Part shown: positions 13,780-21,461 of the stretch, one piece after another | How the letters are laid out: each line of letters opens with the position of its first letter | Position numbering within the stretch: position 1 is the stretch's first letter | Source of the DNA: Candidatus Peribacter riflensis | GTDB lineage: Bacteria > Patescibacteriota > Gracilibacteria > Peribacterales > Peribacteraceae | NCBI GenBank assembly: GCA_001430755.1 | Contig: CP013062.1 | Location: forward strand, 270,001 to 302,000 | Direction: 5' to 3' | DNA: 32,000 bases | Made by a program: the position numbers and the translations under genes | Notes under the pieces: generated by a model | What the model was told of the DNA's origin: nothing | Seen by the model: the letters and a program-made list of their open reading frames with translations, nothing else | The model's database searches: none

Positions 13780-16254
13780 CTACCCGATCCGTCTCAAGAT
13801 TTCCCTACTCACGAATTCCTTCTGACGCCCGTAGGTTAAGCGCGAGAGCTGCTTGAAGGCTTCGGCTGCCTGCGCATCTTTCGTGAAGGTTGTGTCGAGC
13901 CAGGGGCGGGGGACCTCGATCGTGAACGGACGGGAGGGTTTGCCGTCGATGCAGAGCTTCATGGCGCCCTTGAAGGCATCCAGGTTCACCAGATCCTGCT
14001 CCGAGAAGACCGGCGCCATCTCTTTGGCGCAGACTTCGGCATCCTGCGGGCCGACCTTGTAGAAGATCATCGTGCCGATGTTGCCGAAGACGGCGCCCTT
14101 CAGGCTCACGCTGCCCGAGAGCTTGTCCTCCTTCTCCAGCTGGTCGATGTACTGGTGGGCGAGGATCAGTCCCAGGCGGTACTTGCGTGCCTCCGACAGG
14201 ATGGATTCGATCGATTGCGTCACGAAGTTCTGAAATTCGTCGATGTAGAGGAAGAAATCCTTGCGCTTCTGCGCATCCTCACGCTGCCGACGCATGGCTG
14301 CCACCTGCATCTTGTTCACGAAGATCATGCCGAGCAGCTGCGAGTTGATATCGCCGATGAGTCCTTTACTCAGGTTCGCCAGCAGGATCTTGCCCGAGTT
14401 CATCACGTCGGCGATGTCGAAGGCGCTCTTCGTCTGGCCCACGATGTTGCGCATGAGCGTATTCGTATAGAACTGGCCGAATTTCGCGGCAAAGTAGGGG
14501 ATCATCTCCTGCTTCTCGCGCTGGCCGGTCATGGCCATCTGCTTCTCCCAGAAGGAGCGGACGATCGGATTCTTCACGCGGGAAACCTTGTACTTCTGCC
14601 ACTCCTCGTCGGTGAACAGCTTCACGAGATCGGTGATGGCGCCGCCCTCCTCCTCATCCTCCATGAGCGTCAGACAGCCGTTTCTAAAGTAATCCTGAAT
14701 GCGCGGGCCGAAGACCTCGTTGCCGAACATCTTCACCATCATGTTCATGGCATCGAGCGCGATCAGATCCCGCTCCTCGGGGGTCTTGCCCTCGAGCAGG
14801 TTGAGGCCCATCGGGCGCTCCATGTCGGCCGGGTTGAAGTAGATGACGTCGTCGGCGCGTTCGCGGGGGATGTAGGGCAGCAGATCCTCGATGAGCGAGC
14901 CGTGCGGATCGACCACGCACACGCCGTTGCCCGAGTGAAAATCCTGGCGGGCCATGAGTTGGATGATCGAGGATTTTCCCGTACCGGTCTGCCCGATGAT
15001 GTAGAAGTGGCGGAAACGATCTTCATTCTTCATTTGGATCTTCTGCTTCTCGCCGCGGTGGCTGTTGATGCCGAGAAAGATGCCCTCCTCGGGAATATCT
15101 TTGGGCGCGGGGGCGATTTTGAAATTCTGCCACTTGATGGTGTCGACTTTGTTGTACTTCGTGTTCGGCAGGTGGAAGAACGTCGTGAGTTCGCCGGTGC
15201 CCAACAGAAGCTTGGGCGATGCGAGGGACTGCAGGAACGTCCGGCGGGGGGAGCGGCGGATGAACCGCTCGATGATCTGGCGCTGGCGCACGAAGTGCGG
15301 TTTGCGGAAGCGGTTGCCACGGACATCGTTGAACTGTTCGAAAGAGGCGAGGACGGTATCGAGCAGCACGGTGCTCCGGGCCACGGTGTCTGCGGAGGTC
15401 ACGATGCGCATGACCGCGGTGAACCCGGGGCTGCCGGCCTTCTCATCCACTGCCTTGCTGTACTCCTCCACCATCTGCGATACGCGCTCACCGGTGGCCT
15501 GCTCCTGCTGCGGCGAGAGATCGCTGCCCGGCAGCAGCATGCTCACCGTCGCACTCAGCCACGAGAGGGGATTCCAGAATGAGAGGCCCGTCTTCTTCGG
15601 GTTGATGAGCCGGATGGCCTCTTTCTGCAGCTGCTGCTGCCACCCCGATGCGACGGGGCGCAGGACGAACTGGACGGCCGCCCCCTCAGAGACTTTGAGT
15701 TTCGAGAAGGCATTCGTGATGGTGTTGAGCGGGTCGCTCTTCAGTTGCTGATAGGTGCGGAAGATGGAGGTGAAGGGTTTCTTGGCCAGAAGCACCTGCG
15801 CCGAAACGACGGACGTATCGGTGAAGATGTTGTAGTCCTCCACTTCATCAATGATGGTGTCGGGGTAGAACGAAGTGATCTGCTTCTCGAGCAGGGGGGC
15901 AATGGAGCGGGGACAGACGATGTAGAACAGAATCTCGCCGGCGAGAGCGGCGTACTCGACCGAGAAGAAGGGCTGGCCCTTCCACCACCGGCGCGGTGAA
16001 GTGGAGTAGAGGCTGTGGAGCGACTGGTAGAGGTGCTCCATCACCCCGAGCACCTCGCGGAAATCCTGCCCGCTCGAGAATTGCTCCGAGAGCTGCTCCT
16101 TGTCCTCCTTGCTCTCTTTCTTGGGGACGAGCAGCTGGAGGAAGACCAAGTCCTGTTCGCGCCGGAAATCCTCCAGCAGGCGCAGCAGCCAGAGCAGGGT
16201 GGCGCCTGCTGCGGCGATAGCGAGGAGGCCTAAGAGGGCGTAGAGGATATTCAC
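13780..16254 (-). CDS. Membrane-anchored TraD/VirD4 (type IV coupling protein)-like P-loop ATPase, 824 aa
   Basis: N-terminal TM (ILYALLGLLAIAAAGATLLWLL), Walker A IIGQTGTGKSS followed by VVDPHG, Walker B FFLYIDEFQNF, then EARKYRLGLILAHQ. This order is typical of the TrwB/TraD/FtsK-HerA superfamily. GTG start at 16254. Confidence 0.75.
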   Translation of the reverse strand: MNILYALLGLLAIAAAGATLLWLLRLLEDFRREQDLVFLQLLVPKKESKEDKEQLSEQFSSGQDFREVLGVMEHLYQSLHSLYSTSPRRWWKGQPFFSVEYAALAGEILFYIVCPRSIAPLLEKQITSFYPDTIIDEVEDYNIFTDTSVVSAQVLLAKKPFTSIFRTYQQLKSDPLNTITNAFSKLKVSEGAAVQFVLRPVASGWQQQLQKEAIRLINPKKTGLSFWNPLSWLSATVSMLLPGSDLSPQQEQATGERVSQMVEEYSKAVDEKAGSPGFTAVMRIVTSADTVARSTVLLDTVLASFEQFNDVRGNRFRKPHFVRQRQIIERFIRRSPRRTFLQSLASPKLLLGTGELTTFFHLPNTKYNKVDTIKWQNFKIAPAPKDIPEEGIFLGINSHRGEKQKIQMKNEDRFRHFYIIGQTGTGKSSIIQLMARQDFHSGNGVCVVDPHGSLIEDLLPYIPRERADDVIYFNPADMERPMGLNLLEGKTPEERDLIALDAMNMMVKMFGNEVFGPRIQDYFRNGCLTLMEDEEEGGAITDLVKLFTDEEWQKYKVSRVKNPIVRSFWEKQMAMTGQREKQEMIPYFAAKFGQFYTNTLMRNIVGQTKSAFDIADVMNSGKILLANLSKGLIGDINSQLLGMIFVNKMQVAAMRRQREDAQKRKDFFLYIDEFQNFVTQSIESILSEARKYRLGLILAHQYIDQLEKEDKLSGSVSLKGAVFGNIGTMIFYKVGPQDAEVCAKEMAPVFSEQDLVNLDAFKGAMKLCIDGKPSRPFTIEVPRPWLDTTFTKDAQAAEAFKQLSRLTYGRQKEFVSREILRRIG

Positions 16255-16371
16255 GTCGCGCGTATCCTACCATTCTAGCACGTTTTAGCCTTCCTCAGTA
16301 GGGGTTTATGGCTCTGGAGAGACAGAAGAAACCTGAGTCTACACTCAAAAATCGCACTGTACCGGTTCCCA

Positions 16372-16761
16372 TTACTTCCCCCACATCGTCTTTGCCTTCA
16401 TGAGGGTGGTGACTTTTTCAAGCAGCGTCTTGATCGTCATTTCGCTCTTGATGAAGAAGTCATCCGCCCCCAGACCGAGGCCCCTCTCCTTGTTCTTCGT
16501 ATCGCCGAAATTGCTCAGGATGATCACCGGGAACGTGCGCTGCGCACGGGGATAGCGCTCCAGGACCGCGAATCCGTCCAAGACAGGCATATTGAGATCG
16601 AGGATGGCGATATCGGGCTTCTCGCGTTCGACCTCCTGAATGGCCTCCTGGCCGTTCTGGACTGCCCGGATGTTGTAACCGGCAATCGTGAATTTCTTCA
16701 CGTAGACCTCGCGGAGTACCGCATCGTCTTCTGCAATGAGGATACTTGGTGTTTGCATCAA
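16372..16761 (-). CDS. Stand-alone response regulator receiver (CheY-like, no output domain)
   Basis: The motifs ILIAEDD, DIAILDLNMPVLDG, VIILSNFGD and DFFIKS cover all the conserved receiver residues. Confidence 0.88.
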   Translation of the reverse strand: MMQTPSILIAEDDAVLREVYVKKFTIAGYNIRAVQNGQEAIQEVEREKPDIAILDLNMPVLDGFAVLERYPRAQRTFPVIILSNFGDTKNKERGLGLGADDFFIKSEMTIKTLLEKVTTLMKAKTMWGK

Positions 16762-16805
16762 CTTCCATTATAGACCCTTTCTGTAAGCTTGTGAAGCTGC
16801 TGTTC

Positions 16806-16925
16806 TCGGCCTCAGGAGAGGGGATAGGGTTAGGGATAGGATGAGGACTAAACAAAATAAGCCACTCCATTCAATAATCCTAAACCTAACCCTAAACCTA
16901 ACCCTAACCCTAACCCTCAATCCTA
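16806..16925. repeat. Imperfect inverted repeat built from TAGGG / telomere-like CCCTAA units (tsf 3' end to receiver gene 5' region)
   Basis: The left arm is GGAGAGGGGATAGGGTTAGGGATAGGATGAGGAC (16806-16840). The right arm is CCTAAACCTAACCCTAAACCTAACCCTAACCCTAACCCTC (16879-16918). The arms are ~22/26 complementary, and the right arm includes (CCCTAA)x3. Confidence 0.85.
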
Positions 16926-16927
16926 TT

Positions 16928-17704
16928 TCAGCTCACGGCCAGCCGCACATACGCGGCGACTTTGGCTGTTCCCAAGAATTGCTCCACGGTCTTGCTGGGG
17001 TCCTTCACGAACGTCTGCTTCACGAGGGCGTTCTCCTCCCGGAACTTCTTCTCTTTGCCGAGCATGATCTTGTCGAACATCGCCTCGGGCTTACCCTCTT
17101 TCTTCAGCTGTTCACGCCAGATTTCCTTCTCCTTTTCGACCTTCTCGGCCGTCACTTCCTCCGGGCGGGTCACTGTGGGATTCATGGCGGCGGCGTGCAT
17201 GGCGACATCGCGTGCGGAATCCTCCGTCCCACCCTCCAGACTGATCACGACGCCGATCTTGCTGTTCGTGTGCAGGTAGGTGCCCAGCGTTTGGCCAGTT
17301 ACGAGGCGGGCTTCGCCGATCGAAATATTCTCGCCCAGCTTCTGCACGAGTGCGGGAACCGTCTTCTCGCCGAGGGCCTTCAGGGCTGCTTCGCCTTTCT
17401 GCAGGAGTTCATCCACAAGTGCGGAACCGGCTTTGCGGAAATTCTCGTCGCGGGCGACGAAATCCGTCTCGCACTTGAGGAGGACGAGGGCGGCTTTTCC
17501 TGCTCCCTGTGCAAGGAAGATCAGGCCTTCGAACTGGTCGCGCGCCGCTTTCTTGGCTGCCTGCGCGATGCCGCGCTTGCGGAGGATTTCGATGGCTTTC
17601 TCTTCATTCCCCTGTGCCTCATCGAGGGCTTTCTTGCACTCCATCATGGAAACGCCGGTGCGCTGGCGAAGGGAGGAAACGGCGGAGGCGGAAATGGGGG
17701 ACAT
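16928..17704 (-). CDS. tsf: Elongation factor Ts
   Basis: The N-terminal UBA-like motif is VSSLRQRTGVSMMECKKALDEAQGNEEKAIEILRKRG. The gene follows rpsB in the conserved order. Confidence 0.93.
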   Translation of the reverse strand: MSPISASAVSSLRQRTGVSMMECKKALDEAQGNEEKAIEILRKRGIAQAAKKAARDQFEGLIFLAQGAGKAALVLLKCETDFVARDENFRKAGSALVDELLQKGEAALKALGEKTVPALVQKLGENISIGEARLVTGQTLGTYLHTNSKIGVVISLEGGTEDSARDVAMHAAAMNPTVTRPEEVTAEKVEKEKEIWREQLKKEGKPEAMFDKIMLGKEKKFREENALVKQTFVKDPSKTVEQFLGTAKVAAYVRLAVS

Positions 17705-17743
17705 GGGAGCGGGGAGTAGGGAATAGGGATTAGGACTGATGAC
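17705..17743 (-). repeat. rpsB-tsf spacer: C-rich (in mRNA sense) copy of the TAGGGAATAGGGATTAGG element
   Basis: Plus-strand 17716-17734, GTAGGGAATAGGGATTAGG, is identical to 703-721. ACTTAGGAC is also shared. In the transcript the spacer reads CCTAATCCCTATTCCCTACTCCCCGCTCCC-ATG. Confidence 0.8.
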
Positions 17744-18481
17744 TTAGGACTTGATGCCGATGACACTCTCTCTGTTGTCCTCTCTCAGCTCGGGGCTGTG
17801 TTCTTTATTGGAGCCGCCGAGGGAGTCGCGGATGGTGGCGAGGATGATGCCGATCGATTTCACAGCATCGTCATTGGCCGGAATGAGTGTGCGGAAGAGT
17901 GAGGGATCCACATTGCTGTCGCAGATGCCGAACACCGGAATCTTCAGCACGTTCGCCTCGAGCACGGCCACGCGGTCACGCAGGGCGTCGATGACGAAGA
18001 CGGCATCCGGAATCTTGACCATTCCCGAGACGCCGCCGAGTGCGGTATCGAGCTTGGTGAGTTTCTTGCGGAGCTGCACCTGTTCTTTCTTCGTGTACTT
18101 CTCCACTTCTCCGTTGCGGAACGATTCCTTGAGTTCCAGGTAGTACTTGATCCGGCGCTTGAGGGTGGACCAGTTCGTGAGGAGCCCGGGAATCCACTTC
18201 TTCGTCACGGTGGGCTGCTTGAGCGATTCGCCGATCTCTTCAATCAGCGGGATGCTCTGCTGCTTCGTCGAGACGAACAGGATCGTCTTGCCTTCGGCCT
18301 GGAGCTTCTTCAGTTCCTCCACGCAGCGTGCGAGGTGCGCACAGGTCTGCGTGAGATCGAAGATGTGAATGCCCTTGCGTACGGCGTAGAGGTACGACGC
18401 CATCTTCGGATGCCATTTGTTCTTGGGGTGGCCGATGTGGCACGCAGCGGCGAGCAGTTCTTTTTCCGTCGGCAGAGACAT
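17744..18481 (-). CDS. rpsB: 30S ribosomal protein S2
   Basis: The translation is LLAAACHIGHPKNKWHPKMASYLYAVRKGIHIFDL ... VFVIDALRDRVAVLEANVLKIPVFGICDSN. The start was chosen at MSLPT (18481). Confidence 0.93.
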   Translation of the reverse strand: MSLPTEKELLAAACHIGHPKNKWHPKMASYLYAVRKGIHIFDLTQTCAHLARCVEELKKLQAEGKTILFVSTKQQSIPLIEEIGESLKQPTVTKKWIPGLLTNWSTLKRRIKYYLELKESFRNGEVEKYTKKEQVQLRKKLTKLDTALGGVSGMVKIPDAVFVIDALRDRVAVLEANVLKIPVFGICDSNVDPSLFRTLIPANDDAVKSIGIILATIRDSLGGSNKEHSPELREDNRESVIGIKS

Positions 18482-18485
18482 GCGA

Positions 18486-18522
18486 TAGGGGGGAGGGGAT
18501 AGGGTGAGGGGGCAGAGGAGGG
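18486..18522 (+). repeat. Dense G-run tract (G6-A-G4-ATA-G3-TGA-G5-N7-G3) on the plus strand; C-rich leader of rpsB on the minus strand
   Basis: The sequence is TAGGGGGGAGGGGATAGGGTGAGGGGGCAGAGGAGGG. It satisfies the usual G3+N1-7 x4 quadruplex pattern. Confidence 0.7.
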
Positions 18523-18762
18523 AACCTCGGATGAGGTTCAGGAATGCAACCGGTGATACGCTCCTTGTCTCCCTTTCGACATCTACTCGCGTTGTGCGGA
18601 GGATTTCCCTCATGCGCCCCTCGGGGCGCACTCGGGACCAGGACCGCGGCGATCAATCGAAAGTGCGCACCGTTTATACAGAACTCCCTGAAGGCGCGCA
18701 ATGGCGATTGGCTGGAAAATACGGGTTCTGTGGTAGGGTGGGGCTGTTTTTCCCTCCATTCC

Positions 18763-19323
18763 ATGCCGGATGAAGCCCTCATCGTTCGTGCACTCTCATT
18801 CGTCACGCTTGCCGGCGATCTCTTCATCGTCTGCTACTTCGTTCTCTCACTCATCGAGACATTCATCATCCGGCGGCCCACCATGCTCTCGCGCCTGCTG
18901 TCGCAGTGGGGATTGCTGATTCTCTTCTTCGTGGCGGGTACGGCATCGCTCGGCAGTCTCACATTCTCCGAAGTGCTCGGCTGGGAGCCCTGTAAGGATT
19001 GCTGGTTCCAGCGCGTCTTCATGTACTCGCAGGCCCTGCTCCTCGCCTTCGCGTTTCTGCGGAGGGACCGGGGCATCGCCCCGTATGCGATCCTGCTCAG
19101 CCTCGTGGGCATGGTGTTCTCCATCAATCAGTACGTGGGCCAGATCCGTTCCATCCTGTTGCCTGCGCTCGCCGGAACCTGTGAAGATCCCCTGGTGGAT
19201 TGTTCCGTCTCCCAAATTTTCCAGTTCGGCTACATCACCATTCCCATGATGGCCTTCACCGCCTTCGCCATGATCGCGCTTGTTGCATGGGCAATGATCC
19301 GGCAGCGCCCGCGGTCGGCATGA
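18763..19323 (+). CDS. DsbB/BdbC-like disulfide bond formation membrane protein
   Basis: Four hydrophobic segments are present. The first loop motif is EPCKDCWFQRVFMY (family pattern PCxxCWxQRxxMY). The second Cys pair is TCEDPLVDC. The start was chosen at MPDEAL (18763). Confidence 0.75.
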   Translation: MPDEALIVRALSFVTLAGDLFIVCYFVLSLIETFIIRRPTMLSRLLSQWGLLILFFVAGTASLGSLTFSEVLGWEPCKDCWFQRVFMYSQALLLAFAFLRRDRGIAPYAILLSLVGMVFSINQYVGQIRSILLPALAGTCEDPLVDCSVSQIFQFGYITIPMMAFTAFAMIALVAWAMIRQRPRSA

Positions 19324-19348
19324 GGGAGGAACGCGGTTCTGCGGATAC

Positions 19349-19927
19349 TTAGGGGAAGGTCACGCCCGAGAGCACGAGGGCGTGGAAAGCACGTTCCTCT
19401 TCGCCGATGGCCTCTGCAGTGGCGAAGAGCGTGGAGAACGAGACGACAGTTCCCTTGAGGAAGACGAATGTCTCGATGGCGGAGAACCCTGCTGCGTTGA
19501 GCAGGATTTCACGCGTGACTGCATCCTGTCCCGCAACCGTTGTCTCCTCTTCCTGATCGATCCGGACGGATGGGAGGCCTTCGTAGGCAGTGGCTCGTTC
19601 CTGATCCAGGAGCAGGAGGCCCTTTTCGATGCTGGTTGCAGGACGGATGAAGACCTCTACGATCCGGTCGCCGGCTTCATAGCGGGTGTAAGTATCTTCC
19701 TGTTTTGCGGTGAGCGAGAATTCCGGGGGGAGCCGGAATGCGTAGCCGAGGCGCGTGTTGCTGACGGGCTGCCACTGGGCCAGCGCGGGATTCTCCGCCG
19801 CAGGGGGAGCGACCCTGTCTCTCATCGCGAACAGCGTGAGGGCCACTGCGATGCAGAAGCCGATGAGTGCCGCCAGCGCCGCCTGTTTGGGGGAACAGCG
19901 GAAGAGCCGATAGAACCAGGATGTCAT
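19349..19927 (-). CDS. Hypothetical N-terminally anchored extracytoplasmic protein (192 aa)
   Basis: N-terminal TM (AALAALIGFCIAVALTLFA) followed by a soluble domain. No family was recognised. Confidence 0.6.
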   Translation of the reverse strand: MTSWFYRLFRCSPKQAALAALIGFCIAVALTLFAMRDRVAPPAAENPALAQWQPVSNTRLGYAFRLPPEFSLTAKQEDTYTRYEAGDRIVEVFIRPATSIEKGLLLLDQERATAYEGLPSVRIDQEEETTVAGQDAVTREILLNAAGFSAIETFVFLKGTVVSFSTLFATAEAIGEEERAFHALVLSGVTFP

Positions 19928-19948
19928 GGTGTGGGAGGGGAAGGAAGC

Positions 19949-21349
19949 CTAGCGCCGGATGAGACGCGCGGCGAGATCGTGGGTCGACACGCGCTCCTGC
20001 TTCAGGCTGTCTCGGTCGCGGATCGTCACGGTATCTTTCGCGCCCTGCTTCTCATCCTCTCCGAGCGTGCCGAAGTCCACGGTCACGCACTGGGGGGTGC
20101 CGATCTCATCCTGACGGCGGTAGCGCTTGCCGATCGATCCCGTCACATCGAAATCCACGACGAGGCCCGTTTCTTGTACAACTTTTTTGTACAATTCTTG
20201 TGCTTTGGCGATGAGGTGTTCCTTCTTTGAGAGCGGAAGGATCGCCACATCCACCGGCGAGAGTCTCGGATCGAACTTCATGACGATGCGCGTCTCTCCA
20301 TTCTCCAGTTTCTCTTCGGTGTAGGCCTCGAGCAGGAACGTGAGCACGGTGCGGTCACAGCCGAAACTGGGCTCGATAACGTGGGGCAGGAACTTCTTGG
20401 TCGGGTCATCGGGGTCCGTATAGGTGAGGTCCTCGCCGCTGAATTTCTCGTGCTGCTTCAGGTCAAAATCCCCGCGGTTTGCGAGACCGAAGAGCTCGCC
20501 AAATCCCCACGGGAATTGGTACTCGATGTCGATGGTGCGGGAGCTGTAGTGGCTGAGCTCCTCCTGGTCATGCTCGCGCACCCTGAGGCTCTTCTTCTCA
20601 ATGCCCAGCCCCGTGTACCAGTCCCACACAGTTTCCTTCCATTCGTCGAAGACGTGCTTCTCTTCGCCCGGCAGAACGAAGTACTCGATCTCCATCTGCT
20701 CGAATTCGCGCGTGCGGAAAGTGAAGTTGCCCGGCGTGATTTCGTTGCGGAATGCCTTGCCGATCTGCGCGAGCCCGAAGGGAAGCCGCGGCCGCATGGT
20801 GTTCAGGACATTCTTGAAGTTCACGAACATGCCCTGCGCGGTTTCGGGACGCAGGTACACGAGGGCGGCATCATCCTCCACGACCCCCTGATGCGTCTTG
20901 AACATCATGTTGAACTGCTTCGCCTCGGTCCACTCATGACCGCCGCACGAGGGGCAGGCGATTTTCTCGGCCTTGAGCATGGATCCGATCTGGGCCAGTT
21001 TCAGCACTGCCACGGCCTCGATGCCCAGTTTTTCCTCGAGCAGCTTGTCACCGCGAAAGCGCTCCTTGCACTGCTTGCAGTCCACGAGGGGGTCATTGAA
21101 GTTGCTCACGTGCCCGCTCGCCTCCCACACTTTCGGATTCATGAGGATCGAGGCATCCATGCCGAACATATCCGGCCGCTTGTGGACAAAGGCCTTCCAC
21201 CACTCACGCTTCACCCGGTTCTTGAGCTCCACTCCGAGCGGTCCGTAGTCCCACGTGTTTGCCAGACCGCCGTAAATCTCCGATCCCGGGAAGATGAAAC
21301 CCCGGCGTTTGCAGAGGGAGACGAGCTGGTCTAAGGAGGTGGCTGGCAT
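19949..21349 (-). CDS. glyQS: Glycine--tRNA ligase (class II, single-chain dimeric type)
   Basis: The translation contains LVSLCKRRGFIFPGSEIYGGLANTWDYGPLGVELKNRVKREWW ... GLAQIGKAFRNEITPGNFTFRTREFEQMEIEYF. The start was chosen at MPATS (21349). Confidence 0.93.
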   Translation of the reverse strand: MPATSLDQLVSLCKRRGFIFPGSEIYGGLANTWDYGPLGVELKNRVKREWWKAFVHKRPDMFGMDASILMNPKVWEASGHVSNFNDPLVDCKQCKERFRGDKLLEEKLGIEAVAVLKLAQIGSMLKAEKIACPSCGGHEWTEAKQFNMMFKTHQGVVEDDAALVYLRPETAQGMFVNFKNVLNTMRPRLPFGLAQIGKAFRNEITPGNFTFRTREFEQMEIEYFVLPGEEKHVFDEWKETVWDWYTGLGIEKKSLRVREHDQEELSHYSSRTIDIEYQFPWGFGELFGLANRGDFDLKQHEKFSGEDLTYTDPDDPTKKFLPHVIEPSFGCDRTVLTFLLEAYTEEKLENGETRIVMKFDPRLSPVDVAILPLSKKEHLIAKAQELYKKVVQETGLVVDFDVTGSIGKRYRRQDEIGTPQCVTVDFGTLGEDEKQGAKDTVTIRDRDSLKQERVSTHDLAARLIRR

Positions 21350-21420
21350 AGGTCGGAGGGAGCGTAGCGAAAGCGTGCGAAAACCGCCACTCCGCTTCGC
21401 TTGGAGGATGATTCGACATA

Positions 21421-21449
21421 TTCTCAAATAACAAAATATATGTTATAAT
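21421..21449 (+). promoter_or_regulatory. Promoter TTCTCA-N17-(TGT)TATAAT; predicted near-leaderless transcript
   Basis: The extended -10 TGTTATAAT lies at 21441-21449, only 12 nt before the ATG at 21462. No SD is present. Confidence 0.55.
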
Positions 21450-21461
21450 CAAATCAAACAC

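Noticed and set aside
14155-15582. 475-aa plus-strand ORF opposite the TraD-like ATPase. Similar antisense ORFs were seen at 10311-10988, 11096-11923, 12825-13670, 19382-20230, 20381-21334, 21204-22211, 24111-25046, 26083-27360 and 27566-28858.
   Set aside because: Each overlaps a confidently recognised gene on the other strand. They have low-complexity, stop-codon-poor composition (many L/R/A/G/H/E) and no recognisable domain.
16879-16920. (CCCTAA)n interpreted as a real telomere, or as eukaryotic or vector contamination
   Set aside because: Only three exact hexamers are present. They are embedded between bacterial genes (tsf and a receiver) and belong to a wider TAGGG-type repeat family found at several intergenic sites in this window.
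21350-21461. T-box leaders upstream of glyQS, and upstream of hisS at 28841-28971
   Set aside because: The leaders are too short or lack a specifier-loop and T-box (AGGGUGGNACCGCG-like) arrangement. The only resemblance is GTACCGC near 28865-28871 without the UGG bulge sequence.
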